Source: Vairimorpha necatrix (taxonomy: Eukaryota). From it: DNA of 64,000 nucleotides. The notes under the pieces are model-generated. The model was given only the letters and a program-made list of their open reading frames with translations, was not told where the DNA came from and did no database searches. This document shows, piece after piece, positions 11,518 through 24,738 of this stretch. Each line of letters starts with the position of its first letter. Position 1 is the first letter of the stretch. The stretch covers positions 372,001 to 436,000 of the forward strand of contig CP142727.1 of assembly GCA_036630325.1 (NCBI GenBank), in the 5' to 3' direction. A program made the translations under genes and the position numbers.

Positions 11518-12294
11518 TTTTTTTTCTTTGCAAGAAAAGGGGGAGGGCGAAACCTATATAAAAACTAGAGGGATTGGGCGTGATTCTTATCTAACTGGCA
11601 TTTTGATTCTTACTTAAAAAAACTATATAGAAATATTTTGCTGACGCAGCAAGGTGCGCCTTATTTATTGAACCTTGGCTTCAATAGAACCTTTTTTATT
11701 TATAACTCAAATCGCACCCAGAGTGACCTCACAGCTGAATACACAACGAAGATGGTTATCTATAACACGAGGAGAGAACCATCTGGCAACTCAATGATCC
11801 TCACGTTCATTGTATTCCACAAACGGCCCAGAACTTTGACACATCACCAGTTTGGCATTTTTACTAGGCTGTGTTGACCACCAGTCTCCCACTAGTTTAG
11901 TCCACCGTCCTTCCATTATCTTGTAGGATAGGGTCCGCGAGACCTTCTATTGCTCTTCTTCGTCTAGTCGCTTAGTTATCTCTAGGTATTACTCTAGAGT
12001 GCACAGCCAAAGGCTTCGACTTAGGCCGTCCCCATTAGATACTTCGATGTATGATTAAGTCACCTCAAGAGTAGTACTGCTTTTTTCGGCCTTAAAGTGC
12101 GTTTTCACTAGATGCTAATCCCTTTTAAAAGGACACACACAAATTTCATTGACAATTTAAATATATAATTGTATGCATTTTCATCATCTTAGTTGTCAAC
12201 TAAATCATAGAAAGTAAAAACAATTCTGGTCCTTCTGATTCGACCCCATTATTGCTTAATGTAAGCACAGCTTCTGACTCCGGGTTAAAGGACA
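11518..12294 (-). mobile_element. tRNA-headed SINE-like element, copy 1 (head decayed)
   Basis: Colinear similarity over ~770 bp to 21341-22120, with shared blocks CCAGAGTGACCTCACAGC, GTTGACCACCAGTCT, TGTAGGATAGGGTC, CTTCGTCTAGTC and ACTCTAGAGTGCA. It has a residual B box GGGTCGAATC and a TGCAAAGAAAAAAAA tail. Confidence 0.8.
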
Positions 12295-12314
12295 TTATAA
12301 ACCTAATCGGCGCA

Positions 12315-13240
12315 ACGGCCCGAGCCCGGAATTTTTTTCTCCAAGGGACCTTAAAAAAACGAAAAAAAATAATAAAAGCATTTTATTTTAAAAAAACTTT
12401 GATTACTTCAATCAAAATTCTTTGATTCAAATGATATTTTTATATATTGCGCAACTTCTTCTCCATTCGAATTCCTCCAAAAATCTGGGATACACTTTCT
12501 TTGATCCCTTTCTAGCCATTATATTACATTGTAGATGTGCCCAGGCCCCCTCTATTAAATTTGTAGTCTCTTCTGCATCGTATCTAAAGCCGCCACCATG
12601 GCCACAACGCGATGATCAACGTTATAAATTTAAGGCGCATCGGCGGGGCGGGCTTCTTTTTTCTATAGGGGTTCTACCTTAAGATAAACGAAAAAGAATA
12701 AAAGTAGTATAATTTAAAAACCTTAAAAAGTTTATGTCTATCTTGTCAACTCTTGATTTTTAATAAATTACACGTGTTCTCCAACATTTAAGTTCATCCA
12801 ATAATCAAGATTTTCAAATCCTTTAATCCTGCTTTTAGATATAATAACACAGTTAAGATATGCTTAGACTACTTCTATCAAATTTGTAGTCTCATACGCT
12901 TCGTTTATATAACCTTCATCATAAATTACAGTGAGGATTTGTCTTGTTAAGTTTGTGCACTTTAGATAGAATTTATTTTCTATGTTATACGGCTCTTTCG
13001 TTTTTATGTATATCTAAGAAATTGGGAAATTGTATGTATAGTACGGTTAGGTACTATTTTAATCTTCAATTCTAATGTGGCTCATTTGTTGTCCCTAATA
13101 AACAGTTTATTATGAGTATTTCTTCTATTGGCGACTTTACAAATTCCTCTTTTGCAATTATTTTTTTAACGATTTTTGCCACCTAAATAACCCTCCTATT
13201 ATTTTTGATCTTTGATATAGCCATTTTAGTGGACATAAAA
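12315..13240 (-). mobile_element. Two stacked degenerate Merlin/IS1595 transposase 3' fragments
   Basis: Minus strand gives HGGGFRYDAEETTNLIEGAWAHL...FLEEFEWRR (~12450-12600) and a second IVPNRT...EGYINEAYETTNLIEVV*AYL (~12780-13060). Each is followed by a GC-rich TIR-like end (~12318 and ~12641). Confidence 0.65.
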
Positions 13241-15474
13241 TTTTTTAGTCCTGAAGATACTGGAAGCTGACACACGAGAATTTTTGTGTAAGTATAGTTT
13301 CTAATGTTTTATAGTATATGAATGCAAAATATACAAATAATTTCGTATAGGTAATCAGCATTAGAAAATGAAGTTTTTAAAAAATTCTATTGATGTCCCA
13401 CAACCAGTCTTTCCCCATTTTTGAACCTGTGGCAGTCTATGTATGAATCTTCAATGATAAACTATTATAATAGGACAACTCGTACATTCTATAATTATTT
13501 TTAGTAAATTTTCGCTCACTAGCCAACATATTGTCTCATTAGGGCCTTAGAAGATTTTTGATTTACTGTCAAGCGGCTCCAGACATACCATAAGGGAAAA
13601 CTATTTCTAAAAAGAAAAAAAGTTTCTAACTCGAGGAATGTTAATCCGAATGAAATTTATATAAATTTAAAAATTTAAACTTCTAGGTACATGTTCATAC
13701 AAAACAATCTCGCTTCACGGCCTGAGCTCAGATTTAGCACGTAAAAAAGAAGAATAATTTCGGGATTAGAATGTTGCATAGCTTTATTCAAGAAGATCAT
13801 ACTCTTCTTTTGTATTGTTTCATTATATACCTGATGTTGAAAATATTTTCAGATAAATATATTGTAAATATTAGATTCTAATTTTTTTTCTTTGACAATT
13901 GGTTTGCTCTGTAGTTTTTGGTTTTTAAAATTTGTTGGATTCGAAATTTGTAGACGTACAAGTTTATATCTAAATAGTGAATATACTGTAGAATCTGGTA
14001 TTAAAGATCCTTGATTATAGTTATGGAAATATATCAATAATCTATAAAAATCGAGGTTAAAAATCAAGTATGGACCACGAAAACACAAGAGCCTGGAACA
14101 TCCATGATAAAACATTCAAAGTTCTATTACATTAATTGTACGAACCATGTTAAATTATGTTACAGTCCCTTTTCAAAATTTATAAAATGAGTCAATAAGT
14201 GTAATATCTGTTAGTTTGATGCAATCTTAAGAGATTTTGAAATGGACTGTTGTAAAAATAAAAACAGTGTGATTTTTCTATAAAATCCACTAAGGTTTTA
14301 TTAGAACTTAATAAATTTATACTTAATGTTATTTTTTAATATTTTTCGATAGTTTATCTTCACGAGAGAGAAATTACTTTCAAATCGATCTCCCATCAAT
14401 TTTTGTTGTCATTATATAAATGATTATGTAATAGACATCCTTCTTGTACCTCTTGCGATAAAGTAGGACATAAAGACTCGAAACCGCCGGCTGTCATGTC
14501 TCGATTACAGCAAAAACGTAGACGTAAAAAATGACATCGTCAACACACAAATGACGGACTAAAAAGTATACGTTTGTGCGCATAACATCATAATATGGAA
14601 AGCTGCATAGAAAACACCTTTCTTATCAAATAAAAACTCATTACTAACATAGAAAAAACAAACAGGACAGAATTTCATCTTTTGACCAAGTCATGAATAG
14701 AAACTAAGAATAATTGACAAATATATGAAAATCCTATTTAGACACGCCGAAATACCAGGTACAGTTCATGCTTCAGAATATAAATCTGCCATTTTTGAAT
14801 ATGAAAAAAAAATAAATAGATTGCACCATTTTAGGAGGAAAAACTTGCTAAGCTGCGAATAAGAAAAAAAAATATGTAGGTATTATTGAAATTTGATATA
14901 TTAGCATAAGAGTTTATTAAAATTTAACATTGCAAGTTAAAATGAAAGAGTGAATTTGACTTTGGACAAGATTATATCAAAATACACCATCAATTATACC
15001 AAACCGATAATACAAATAAGTACACACATAAATTAAAATAACTAAGACGACGCTATTTAATTTTTTTTTCAACAGACTTGCTCGAAATTTTATCCGAGTT
15101 CAGCATCATAATGAAAATACTTAGAATATGGTTAAACCTTTTATAAAAAAAAATACTTGTAAAATAATAGCACAACGTGATAATTTCTCTATTAAATGCT
15201 TATAATTAAAGTTAGTTTTTATTTCACAGTTAGTTACCACTAAAAAACAAATCAAATAATATAAAAATTTATAGATTATAAAAAAAACCCTTTTGCACAC
15301 TAATAGCTAATAAAAATTTATGTATCTTAGAATTAATTTCAAGATCTTTTTGCCCCGAAACCTGTATTTGATTTCATATTAAGAATTTTTTAGAATTTAG
15401 ATTCGACAATCTGAATTTAACAATATTAAAAACATTTTTCACTGTTGTTCTAAAAAAATATTTTTACTCCCCTT

Positions 15475-16353
15475 ATGTTTTTGCTTAATTTGTTGATAAA
15501 ATGCACAAAACACAATTTTTTCACAAGCAACATAGACCCCGAGATTCCTCAAAATAATCAAATTGATGAAACTTTTGATCTCGACATTGAAAAAATATTA
15601 GCAGAACCACACGATGAAATAAAAGATGTAAGTATGGTTGATTTAGATGAAATTTATATGAAGTTGTCGCCACATAGTAGTTTAGAAAGCAATAAAATTT
15701 TTGATCTTAACATAAAACAAATTATATCTGACAACGACAAAACTCATAGAACTAAAGAATATTTAAATAATCAACTTGAACACATGGAGAGAAAATTTAG
15801 TTTAATAGAAGAAGAAAAAAATAGAAAACTATCAGAATTTACAATTAAAACATTACAAATTAAATTTGATGAAGATGAATTAAAAGTAATTAATAACATA
15901 AGAACTAATATAAGCCATAGAAGTAATAAATATCGAGACGTTTTTAAGACCACGCTTCAATCACTTATTGACAGAATTAAACAATTGAATCTAGAAGACA
16001 ATACTGTAACTATCAACATTTTAAAGTTTATTGACAGGTTGGCGAGATTTACTATACCTGAAAGTCATAATATTAAATTAAAATATGATTCTTTACTTCT
16101 GAAAGATTATTACAAGTTAGATATTTGGAAACTAAAAACAGTCATAGAGCGAATAAATTTAAAAGATACAATTGAAAATATTATAAACTTTTTTGAAGAT
16201 AAAATAAAAGACAATTATGAGGATTTTAGGCAAATTCTAGAGGATTTACATAAATTAAGAAAAGTCTATTTAAAATTTTGTAAATATAAAATGCAAATAA
16301 TTTCTAAAATTGAAGAAGTAATAAACATCATTACTAGAAAACAGACAATATAG
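15475..16353 (+). CDS. Secreted protein, family A (292 aa)
   Basis: CCCCTT-ATG start, signal MFLLNLLIKC, motifs DIEKILAEPH, FTIPESHN, LDIWK. Confidence 0.87.
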   Translation: MFLLNLLIKCTKHNFFTSNIDPEIPQNNQIDETFDLDIEKILAEPHDEIKDVSMVDLDEIYMKLSPHSSLESNKIFDLNIKQIISDNDKTHRTKEYLNNQLEHMERKFSLIEEEKNRKLSEFTIKTLQIKFDEDELKVINNIRTNISHRSNKYRDVFKTTLQSLIDRIKQLNLEDNTVTINILKFIDRLARFTIPESHNIKLKYDSLLLKDYYKLDIWKLKTVIERINLKDTIENIINFFEDKIKDNYEDFRQILEDLHKLRKVYLKFCKYKMQIISKIEEVINIITRKQTI

Positions 16354-19300
16354 AAAATCAAATTATATTGTTAAATTTATTCAATTTTATGCATTAACAA
16401 ATTGCAGTTTTCTTACAGATATATTTTTTTTTAATCTTAAAATTATCATAACTTTGAATTTTATAAGATCTAATATTATGTACAAGTCTAAGTGGAATTT
16501 GAGGTTTATTTCCTAAGAAATAAGTTTTGGGCGAGTGTGATTGAAAACCAATAAACTAATTGACTTTAATTTGAGTAAGCATGATCCTTTTATGTAATCA
16601 GAACCAAGAAAATATTCATTTGAAAAATGTTTTTGCAACAAAAATATTTCCTTTTTGTCATCAGCAATTATATAAACACAACACACCCCTGGCAGGATCA
16701 ATTTGAGCAAAGAGCTAACGTGGAGGCATATAAGGAGCGGCAAATAACAGCCATTTTGTATAAAAACAATATTACATTTATAGGTAGGGGTATACATAAA
16801 CCCTACTGGCCAATTTAGAAAGCGTCATTTGAATTGTAAATAATTGCTGAGATGCATATTCGCATACTTAAAATTTAGTGTCGTCCACGAATTTTGCGAA
16901 CAAATGGTTGTTCTCATTCAAATTTTTTTTTTCGATTCCTCATGCATATATCTCAAAATTTAATATTTTATCGCGCTATGTCTCTCATATAAAATAAATC
17001 CAAATGGTATAAAGATAAAATATGTATTATTGATGATAATTTTGGCATTAATTTAAATGTGTAATTTTATAAAAATTTAATCATTTATTCAAAGTCCGAA
17101 TTTTTACCAATAGAATGTTGTGTTAATTTAAATTCCCTTTTCTTCATCCTTTATTTATACTTAACTTGGTAAGAATAAAATTAGCGTAAAAAACAAAATG
17201 CTTTGCCCATATTTACAATAGCATAAGAGAAATAATAATTGCAAGATCGTAATATATGTTGTTTTAAAGACTTCTATATTTTTATTTAAAAAAGAGGGTT
17301 CTATGTGAATTCTAAATCATTGTGGTTAATAAAACAAAAAATCCATTATACTAATAAAAGAATATACTTGAAGTCTTTCTTTAAGTGCATCTAGAGTATT
17401 TATTTTTATTAGACTAAATTATAAAATAATAATATGTTGCTTTTTTATTTCTATTCTTCTTCATAATCAATTTTTACCAACTCACGTATATTATATTTGT
17501 GTAGTGCGATGACTATAGCATTGAAAAAGCTTACATTGGAAATAAGACTAATATGATATTTCAAATATCAAAATAATATTTAAAATCCTTCTTTCTAAAT
17601 TCGTCCTGTTTCCCTCCAACATTAATTTAAATATTTTACTCAGAATGGTCCACGATAGAATAGAAAAAATTACAAAAATAACAACAAAAATATTTTGAAT
17701 ACTTTCCTCATGTTGATATTACAACAACATATAAAGATACAAATTTACTAACGGTAGCATGGTATAATACAAATGCGTCGGGTATTTTTGAAGTATCTAA
17801 TTACATTATTTCTTATATAGCTCAGCCTTATGAAGGCATTTTGTTTGGAACAATTTGAAACAACATTGTTTTTTTCATTCTCTATACAGCTATTTACTAA
17901 AACATTAATGTTCTCCCATCTTTTACCTTCATAATTTATGTAGTTGTATATCTTCCAAAGATTACAGCCAAATCAAACCATAAAAATAATTGTTTTTGTC
18001 TTTTACTAGAATTATATCATAAAATTTTGATGTCTTCATATATAATTGCTTTTCCACAAATATATAAAATATTTTATTGTCTTAATTTATGGCGGATCTA
18101 GATTTTGTTAACATACAATATAACGTTGTCTCTTTTGAACGGTAATCCTTCATATTCTAGATACAGTAATGTTATATATGAGCTCAATAAATCTTCTAGC
18201 ATTCGTGTCTTTACACTACATTCCCTTATTAGTTGCCTTTACAAGAAGTACAAGAATATTTAAGGTTGTTTTTTTTTGTAAATCTTAGTTCCATTCTCAT
18301 CTTTAATTCTATAAAATAGACTTTTTAGCTTTCTTCAGGACATTAGACTTAATTTATGCTTTTATAAGATTTTTACTTTTGTTTTTAATAAACTTTCTAA
18401 GATATTTTGACATATCCTTTTGCTTTCTCACATTTAGATGTTTGTACGAATTCAAATACTAGACCCAGTCCAATTTTAAAAAAATCATTTATTTTAATCT
18501 TCACTCTCGACTGTAAAAGTCTTCCCGAATTTTTTATCAACTCTACAATTGATATTTAAAGTTGCATTTTACCGATACAAAATAGTGTGATAAATTAAAG
18601 GTTGTTTAAATGCTTATAGATATTCTCGTGTACAATCTTATTTCTGCTCATTTTTACATAATCTATCGTACTGTATGCCAACTTATTTTTTATAACATAT
18701 AATTCATTTTTTTTATGTCAATATTGCCTGTTCCAATTAAAAACAATATATAATGCTTGAAAATAATTTTTCATAAAATAATATGTTTTTTTAGTAATTC
18801 AAAATAAACATCTTTTTTTTCTTAAAAATCGCCTTTTTCTGTCTAACATCGTAAATTATTAATGCCAACTAGTTAAAGAGATTTCACAATAGTAACTTGA
18901 CTACAGTGATATATAAATACTTTTAAAATATAAATATGTCCATTATGCTTTTATTCCCATTAGGTGCTATATTTTTCTTAATTACTACCATGACTTGCGA
19001 TATGTTAGACTTTTTTAAAAGTTAAGTATTTTTGTAATTTTTTATCAAGTTTCATATTATCTATGGGTAATCTAGTTGTTAAGTTTTGAAACGTCTAACC
19101 TTCACACCTTTTACAACACTAATCAATATTAAAATATAAATCTATACTTTTGAACTTTAAAATTCAAATTTACAATAGATATTTATATTAGTTGCATAAT
19201 AAAGAAGTTGCACTTAAATTTTTATCTTTGTTTTTAACACAATTACTTCTCTTTATTTACTCACATGTTCATTTGCGCAGTGTTTCAAATTAAATTAACA

Positions 19301-19889
19301 AAGGTTATTTTAATTTTTGTTTAGTCTTTACTTTTTTACATATTGGTGTGTTTTATGCTTCATAAATGTTAAAAGAAGTAATATTCTAAAGGATTATAAT
19401 TTTAAGTGTAAAATCTTATTAATTTAGATTTCAAAAAATGATATTTTAATATATCTAAACTTTTTTTTTGTTTTTTAATAAAGTTTAACCAAACACAACA
19501 CTGACATTAATTTTCAAATTATTTGTTAAAATATCTATAATGATTTTTTTGACATTTATGTATTGATATATACATAATTTACAACAAACAAATAAAAAAA
19601 ATGTACTCATTTTTAATATTTTTGTGCTAATATTAAAACAAGTAAACAAACAAGTTTCATATAAAGCCAGTGTATTCACTTAGCATAACTACACGCACTT
19701 CGAATTTTTTTTTACTAGATAGTTACAAAATAATTAACTTTTTTTACGACCCAATTCTTTTTTTTTCGTTGATTAAAAGTAGTAATATTATATATTCCTC
19801 AAGTATTACACAATCATAAAATGTGCAAAATAATTAAGTAACTATATACTACAAATGCATTTATAAAAACTTGCAAAAGCCACATGATA

Positions 19890-20640
19890 AAAAAAAATAT
19901 ATTAAAAATGCATGATCTATACTCTTTACAAGATGTTTTCAGAACATGCTATGCAAAAATGGTATAATTTTAACTGCTGTAAATTTCATTCAAATTGGTA
20001 TTTGACGTAGAAACCCGTTTGCAATGGAGAAAAAATAAAAATTATTAATAATACCAGAGATTGTTAACAATGACGCTTAATGAATAAGATTTTAACTAAT
20101 ACAAACAATAAAATATGTTTAAATGATGTTACTAGCAAATAAAAAAAATGTTAGGACAACCCCCGAGAAATGTCTTTGAGTATTGATAAGAAAATACATT
20201 TGATAGTACAGTTAAAACAGTGCCTTAGATTTTCTTATACGGCCGATGTTTTTAATCTCTGAATAAAAAGTGTGTATGGTTAAATATATTTTATTATTGA
20301 AAGATCATTTATACAAGATATTTGGAAATGTAAGACCGATACACGAAATTTTATAATAGATTGAATTGAAAAAATAATATATGATTACAAGAATTTTGAG
20401 TAAATCATAAGGAGAAGGTCATCCCTTTTTTAAAAATTTGTATTCAGAAGTAATAACTCGTGCAAATTTATCATATATATATATATATATGTTGATCATT
20501 ACTAAAATAGAAAGAATAAAAACAATCATTACTAAAAAAATAGACAACATACAAAACGGAAAATTATATATATATATATTTGATTTAAGTGAAGAATTAA
20601 TAAAAATTAAATTTTTACAACATTTTTCTAATTTATCAAT
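19890..20640 (+). pseudogene. Decayed copy of family A secreted-protein gene (boundaries approximate)
   Basis: TTATTATTGAAAGATCATTTATACAAGATATTTGGAAA (20291-20328) matches the LLLKD...DIWK coding segment of 15475-16353, with an ALDFL-like segment upstream. No open frame remains. Confidence 0.5.
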
Positions 20641-21340
20641 CTAAATTAATTAGGTGCATAATCGAGTTAGAAATTAAATTTAGCATTTTTTCTTTAGCGA
20701 ATTTTGACTTTTAAACAAGCAAAAATATCTATATTCGTGAACAAAATCTGTAATTTGTGAAAATGATTGCGGAAATTTAGGTTAAAATTTTATGAAAATA
20801 TTAGTACTAAGTTGTTAATTAATTAAATTTAAGAATAATGTGATTTTTCTGCATAATTCTAAACGTTTTCGTAACATTTCTCATCATGTAATATAAGTAT
20901 TAATGACAAAATGTATATGAAACAATTCCGCCATATTATGATACTAGCAACAATAGAGAAATGTTGTCAAGTACAAAGAGTTACTTGTAAAATTCAGGTT
21001 CTTATATCATAAAATTATAAAAAATGTTCTATATTCCTTTTTTGACTTATATTTATTTGATTTTGACAACAATATAGTTACAGTATATATACCGTAGATA
21101 GTTTAAAATCATATTGCAAATAATATTTTTCATATTCTAATTACAATTTATTATGTGTGTACCATGCGTTGCAATAGTCTTAGATTTGTTTTATTTGTAA
21201 AAACACGATATTAACAAAGTGAAAACATAATAGATTATTTTTAATTCGTTGTATAGCTAACGTATTTTTGAATCTTTAAAAAATGCATTGTAGACAAAAT
21301 TAATTATTTATTTCTTTTGTTGATGCCGTATCCATCAAAT

Positions 21341-22120
21341 TTTTTTGTTGCAAGTATGAGGTAGGGAAAAACCTTACTTAGGGACCAAAGGGATTTGGGC
21401 GTGATCCTCATCCAACTGGTACTGTGAGATTCTTACTCACTAAAACTTCCTCCATACAACTTGCCGGTGCAACAAGCTCCGCCGTATCCATTGGACTTTA
21501 GCTCCAGGAGAACACTTTCCATTTATACCTCAAATCGCGTCCAGAGTGACCTCACAGCGGATATACTTTACGAGCATGGTTATCTATAACCCGAGGAGAG
21601 ACATCATAGTACAGACTCAAAGGTCCCTACAATCATCTGTATTGCACACACGGATCCTTACACGATCACATCACCAGCCCGGCGTTTTTTGGGTTGAGTT
21701 GACCACCAGTCTTTCACTAGTTTCGGTCACCGTGTTACAGAATCATGTAGGATAGGGTCAACGAGACTTTCTATTGCCCTACTTCGTCTAGTCTCTTAGT
21801 TAGCTCTAGGATCCCACTCTAGAGTGCATCAGTCATGGGCTCCAACTAGGCCGTACCCATCATACACTTTTATGTATCACTTAGTCAACAAGGGTGATAA
21901 TTTGTTGGCCTTAAGGTACGTTTCTACACTAAATGCCAATCCCCTTGTGGCTGGACACACACAGGTTTCATTGAAATAACTTAATGATTATTTTGGACAT
22001 TTATATCGTCTAAGTTGTTCCAACTGCATCATAGAAGGAGAGACAATTTTGGTGCGTCTGGGAATCGAACCCAGCCATTGCTCAATGAGCATCGCATTCT
22101 ACCACTGAGCTAAGGGCACC
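21341..22120 (-). mobile_element. tRNA-derived SINE-like element, copy 2 (best preserved, 780 bp)
   Basis: 5' head GGTGCCCTTAGCTCAGTGGTAGAATG...CTGGGTTCGATTCCCAGACGCACCA carries A box, B box and T-arm. 3' tail is TGCAACAAAAAAA. Flanking 15-bp near-duplication CCGTATCCATCAAAT (21326-21340) / CCGTATCGACCAAAT (22122-22136). Confidence 0.85.
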
Positions 22121-24738
22121 TCCGTATCGACCAAATATGGGATCTAAAAAATTTACTAATTCAAAATAAGTTTTTATGTGGTATTGCTTGTTATCAAGTA
22201 TGAGATAATATATAAAACATTTGCTATGAATATTAAGAAAATATAAAATTGTGATATTCTGCGCGTCAAATTTTTACTTGACATTTTGCTACACACAAAC
22301 AAAAAAACAAACTAAATTAAAAAGTTTATATCCAGGAGCATGGTATATAAAACAGATAACATTTTTAGAAATTTTTTTTTATTTAGTGTATTTTAATTTA
22401 ATGCACGTAAAAATAGAATAAACAGTTTTCTTTAATACTTAATTCGGGTTAAACATAGATATTTGCGAGTTATTTTGTATGGTCACAAAGATTAGCTTTA
22501 TATTTAGTATTTAAAACTATTTATTTCGAATGTTTTTAAAATTTATAACATCATTATGGGGGTGTTTTGTGAAATTGTCTAAAAGCATGTATTTTTTTTT
22601 CTTACTTAATTAGAAAACATACATATATTCGGATCTATTTTCTTAGGAGACAAGGCCCTCATAACAACAATATTGGATTTTTATTTAATGTTCTTAGACA
22701 TAGATCTGCAATTTTAATCTAGCAGAATTTCCATGAGTTTACTCAGCAATTTCAAACATCGGGAAGTCTTTTTTGGGTCTATTTGATGTCTTAGATTGTT
22801 CTAGAGTAGTAAGAAAGTACAACAATTTTAGCTCAGTATGATGAATTTTCAAAGCAATAAAAAAATTTTAGGTGCCATTTGATGATTTCCCCAAGTATAT
22901 CAATTTAAACCCTAACCAGGGTGAAAACCGTAGCAATCCGACAAAGTTTTCTTTTTAAATAGAATTTTAAAATATCATACGGATATATAACCAACCTTAA
23001 AATAAGTCAAAAAAAAAGAGTACGGTGTTGTGAAATACTACTCGTTGTAATTTTAGGTAAAATAAAACAAGAGAAAATAGATCTTAACCTGATCAAGATA
23101 TTATTATATGGCATACTGGTATTTACGGCAGTATTGAGATTATAGAAAGAAAATTTTTCAAAGACATGAGAAAAGAAATATAATACTGATATTAGACGAG
23201 GAGCTATTTAAGACTAGTAATATATCTAGAAATATGATAAGTATATCTTAAGTACTCCGATCTTTCATCTAAAGAATACAATAAATAATTAAAAGATATA
23301 TTACCATAAGATTCCAAAAGTGTATGACCGTAAGACAATTATAAATCTCAATATTAACAAATAATAGCCATTTACTTTACTTTCATTGATGTTAATAATA
23401 TCAACTTCAACAAACATTATTTTAACAAAAAAATTTAAGCTACTTAAGTAATTGCATTGCATAAAAATTTATCTTTATGCTTATATGTATTCACTTACGA
23501 AATTGAACAAATTTTATAAGTTTATCATAAGAAACGACATATGCATTCTTGCAGGTCACTGGATGCTTAAATGTTTTTTTATAAAATCCGCTTTAAAATT
23601 AAATTAAATAAGGTTATAGAATTAATTACCAACTATTATTTCTTCTTTTCTAAGCTACCCTCACTTTATCGGGCATCTACCCTTGATTTTATTAAATTTT
23701 CTATGCGGACATCAAATGGTCTTTCTGCGGGCAAAAGGCATGTCCGCTTGTCTTGTTATAGCTTTGCCGGTAATGTTGGGGATCATTGTTTATATACGCT
23801 ATCTTACAACAAAATCAAGCTTTTTTGTTTTACGAGATACAAGTAAGTAACAATATCATTGTAAATCACCTCTTGAGAATTCGAGGTTATGTTATCTCGG
23901 ATTGCATAATAGTCTTAAATCCAAGGAAAATATTATTCTTTTAATATCATCTCTTCTTTTCTTACACATTTTGTTAAAATTACTTTTAATGTTTACGAAT
24001 ACAAATCCTCAAATTAAAAGCACGTATATAGTCCCATTCAGCAATGATTTTTAGTTAAAAGCCGAATAATTCGCTTTTGGGTACATACTACTTAAATTTT
24101 TATTTATATGTTTCTCAGAGTGTTTTGGAGAAATCACAAGTCTATATCTAATCAACGAATTGCCAAAACTGACAAAATATTTGTTTTAAAATTAAAGAAT
24201 TTACTAAAAATTTCAATTGTAGACGAAACATGATAAAATGCAGGATTAGCTATAATTTTTTTGTTCGGGACAAGTGTTATCAATGTCATAACAAAAGTCA
24301 ATATTAAAAAATTAAATATAATAACGAGTGTCAAGATCAATAAAATTAGTGTAACATTTACATTAATTATTACGTGTAATGTAATTAATAACAATCATTT
24401 AAGACAAATATGGCAAATTGGAGCTGATAATGTGTTTATTTTGAAATTGAAGAGATTAATATGTCTTATAGAAACATAAATATTTGAAAATTTAAATTTG
24501 TCTAATGTCTAGAAAGTATTTGTGTATTTTGTGTTTTCGACATATGCAAATATTTTTCTATAGTTTTTTACGAAAAATTAAAAAAGACAATAATTTTCTT
24601 TACATTCACATTGGTTTTTCTTTTGTTACCATAAAAATAATAAAACTAATTATGCAATGACTTATTTATTAAAAACGACAATTATATAATCTAAAGAAAC
24701 CTACATAATTTTTTATACAATTAAAAAAAAAGATCCCT

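Noticed and set aside
14450-14900. Additional Merlin remnant (VMNRN, HAEIPGT)
   Set aside because: Motifs too degenerate to support without an alignment search.
21480-21810. Group I intron or hammerhead ribozyme within the SINE body (AGAGACTAGACG resembles an R element)
   Set aside because: No convincing P, Q or S elements or complete CUGANGA/GAAA core, and the candidate partners are not conserved between copies.
22049-22120. Functional tRNA gene (CAT anticodon-like)
   Set aside because: The acceptor stem pairs only 5/7, the anticodon arm cannot fold canonically, and it forms the head of a repeated element with a TSD.
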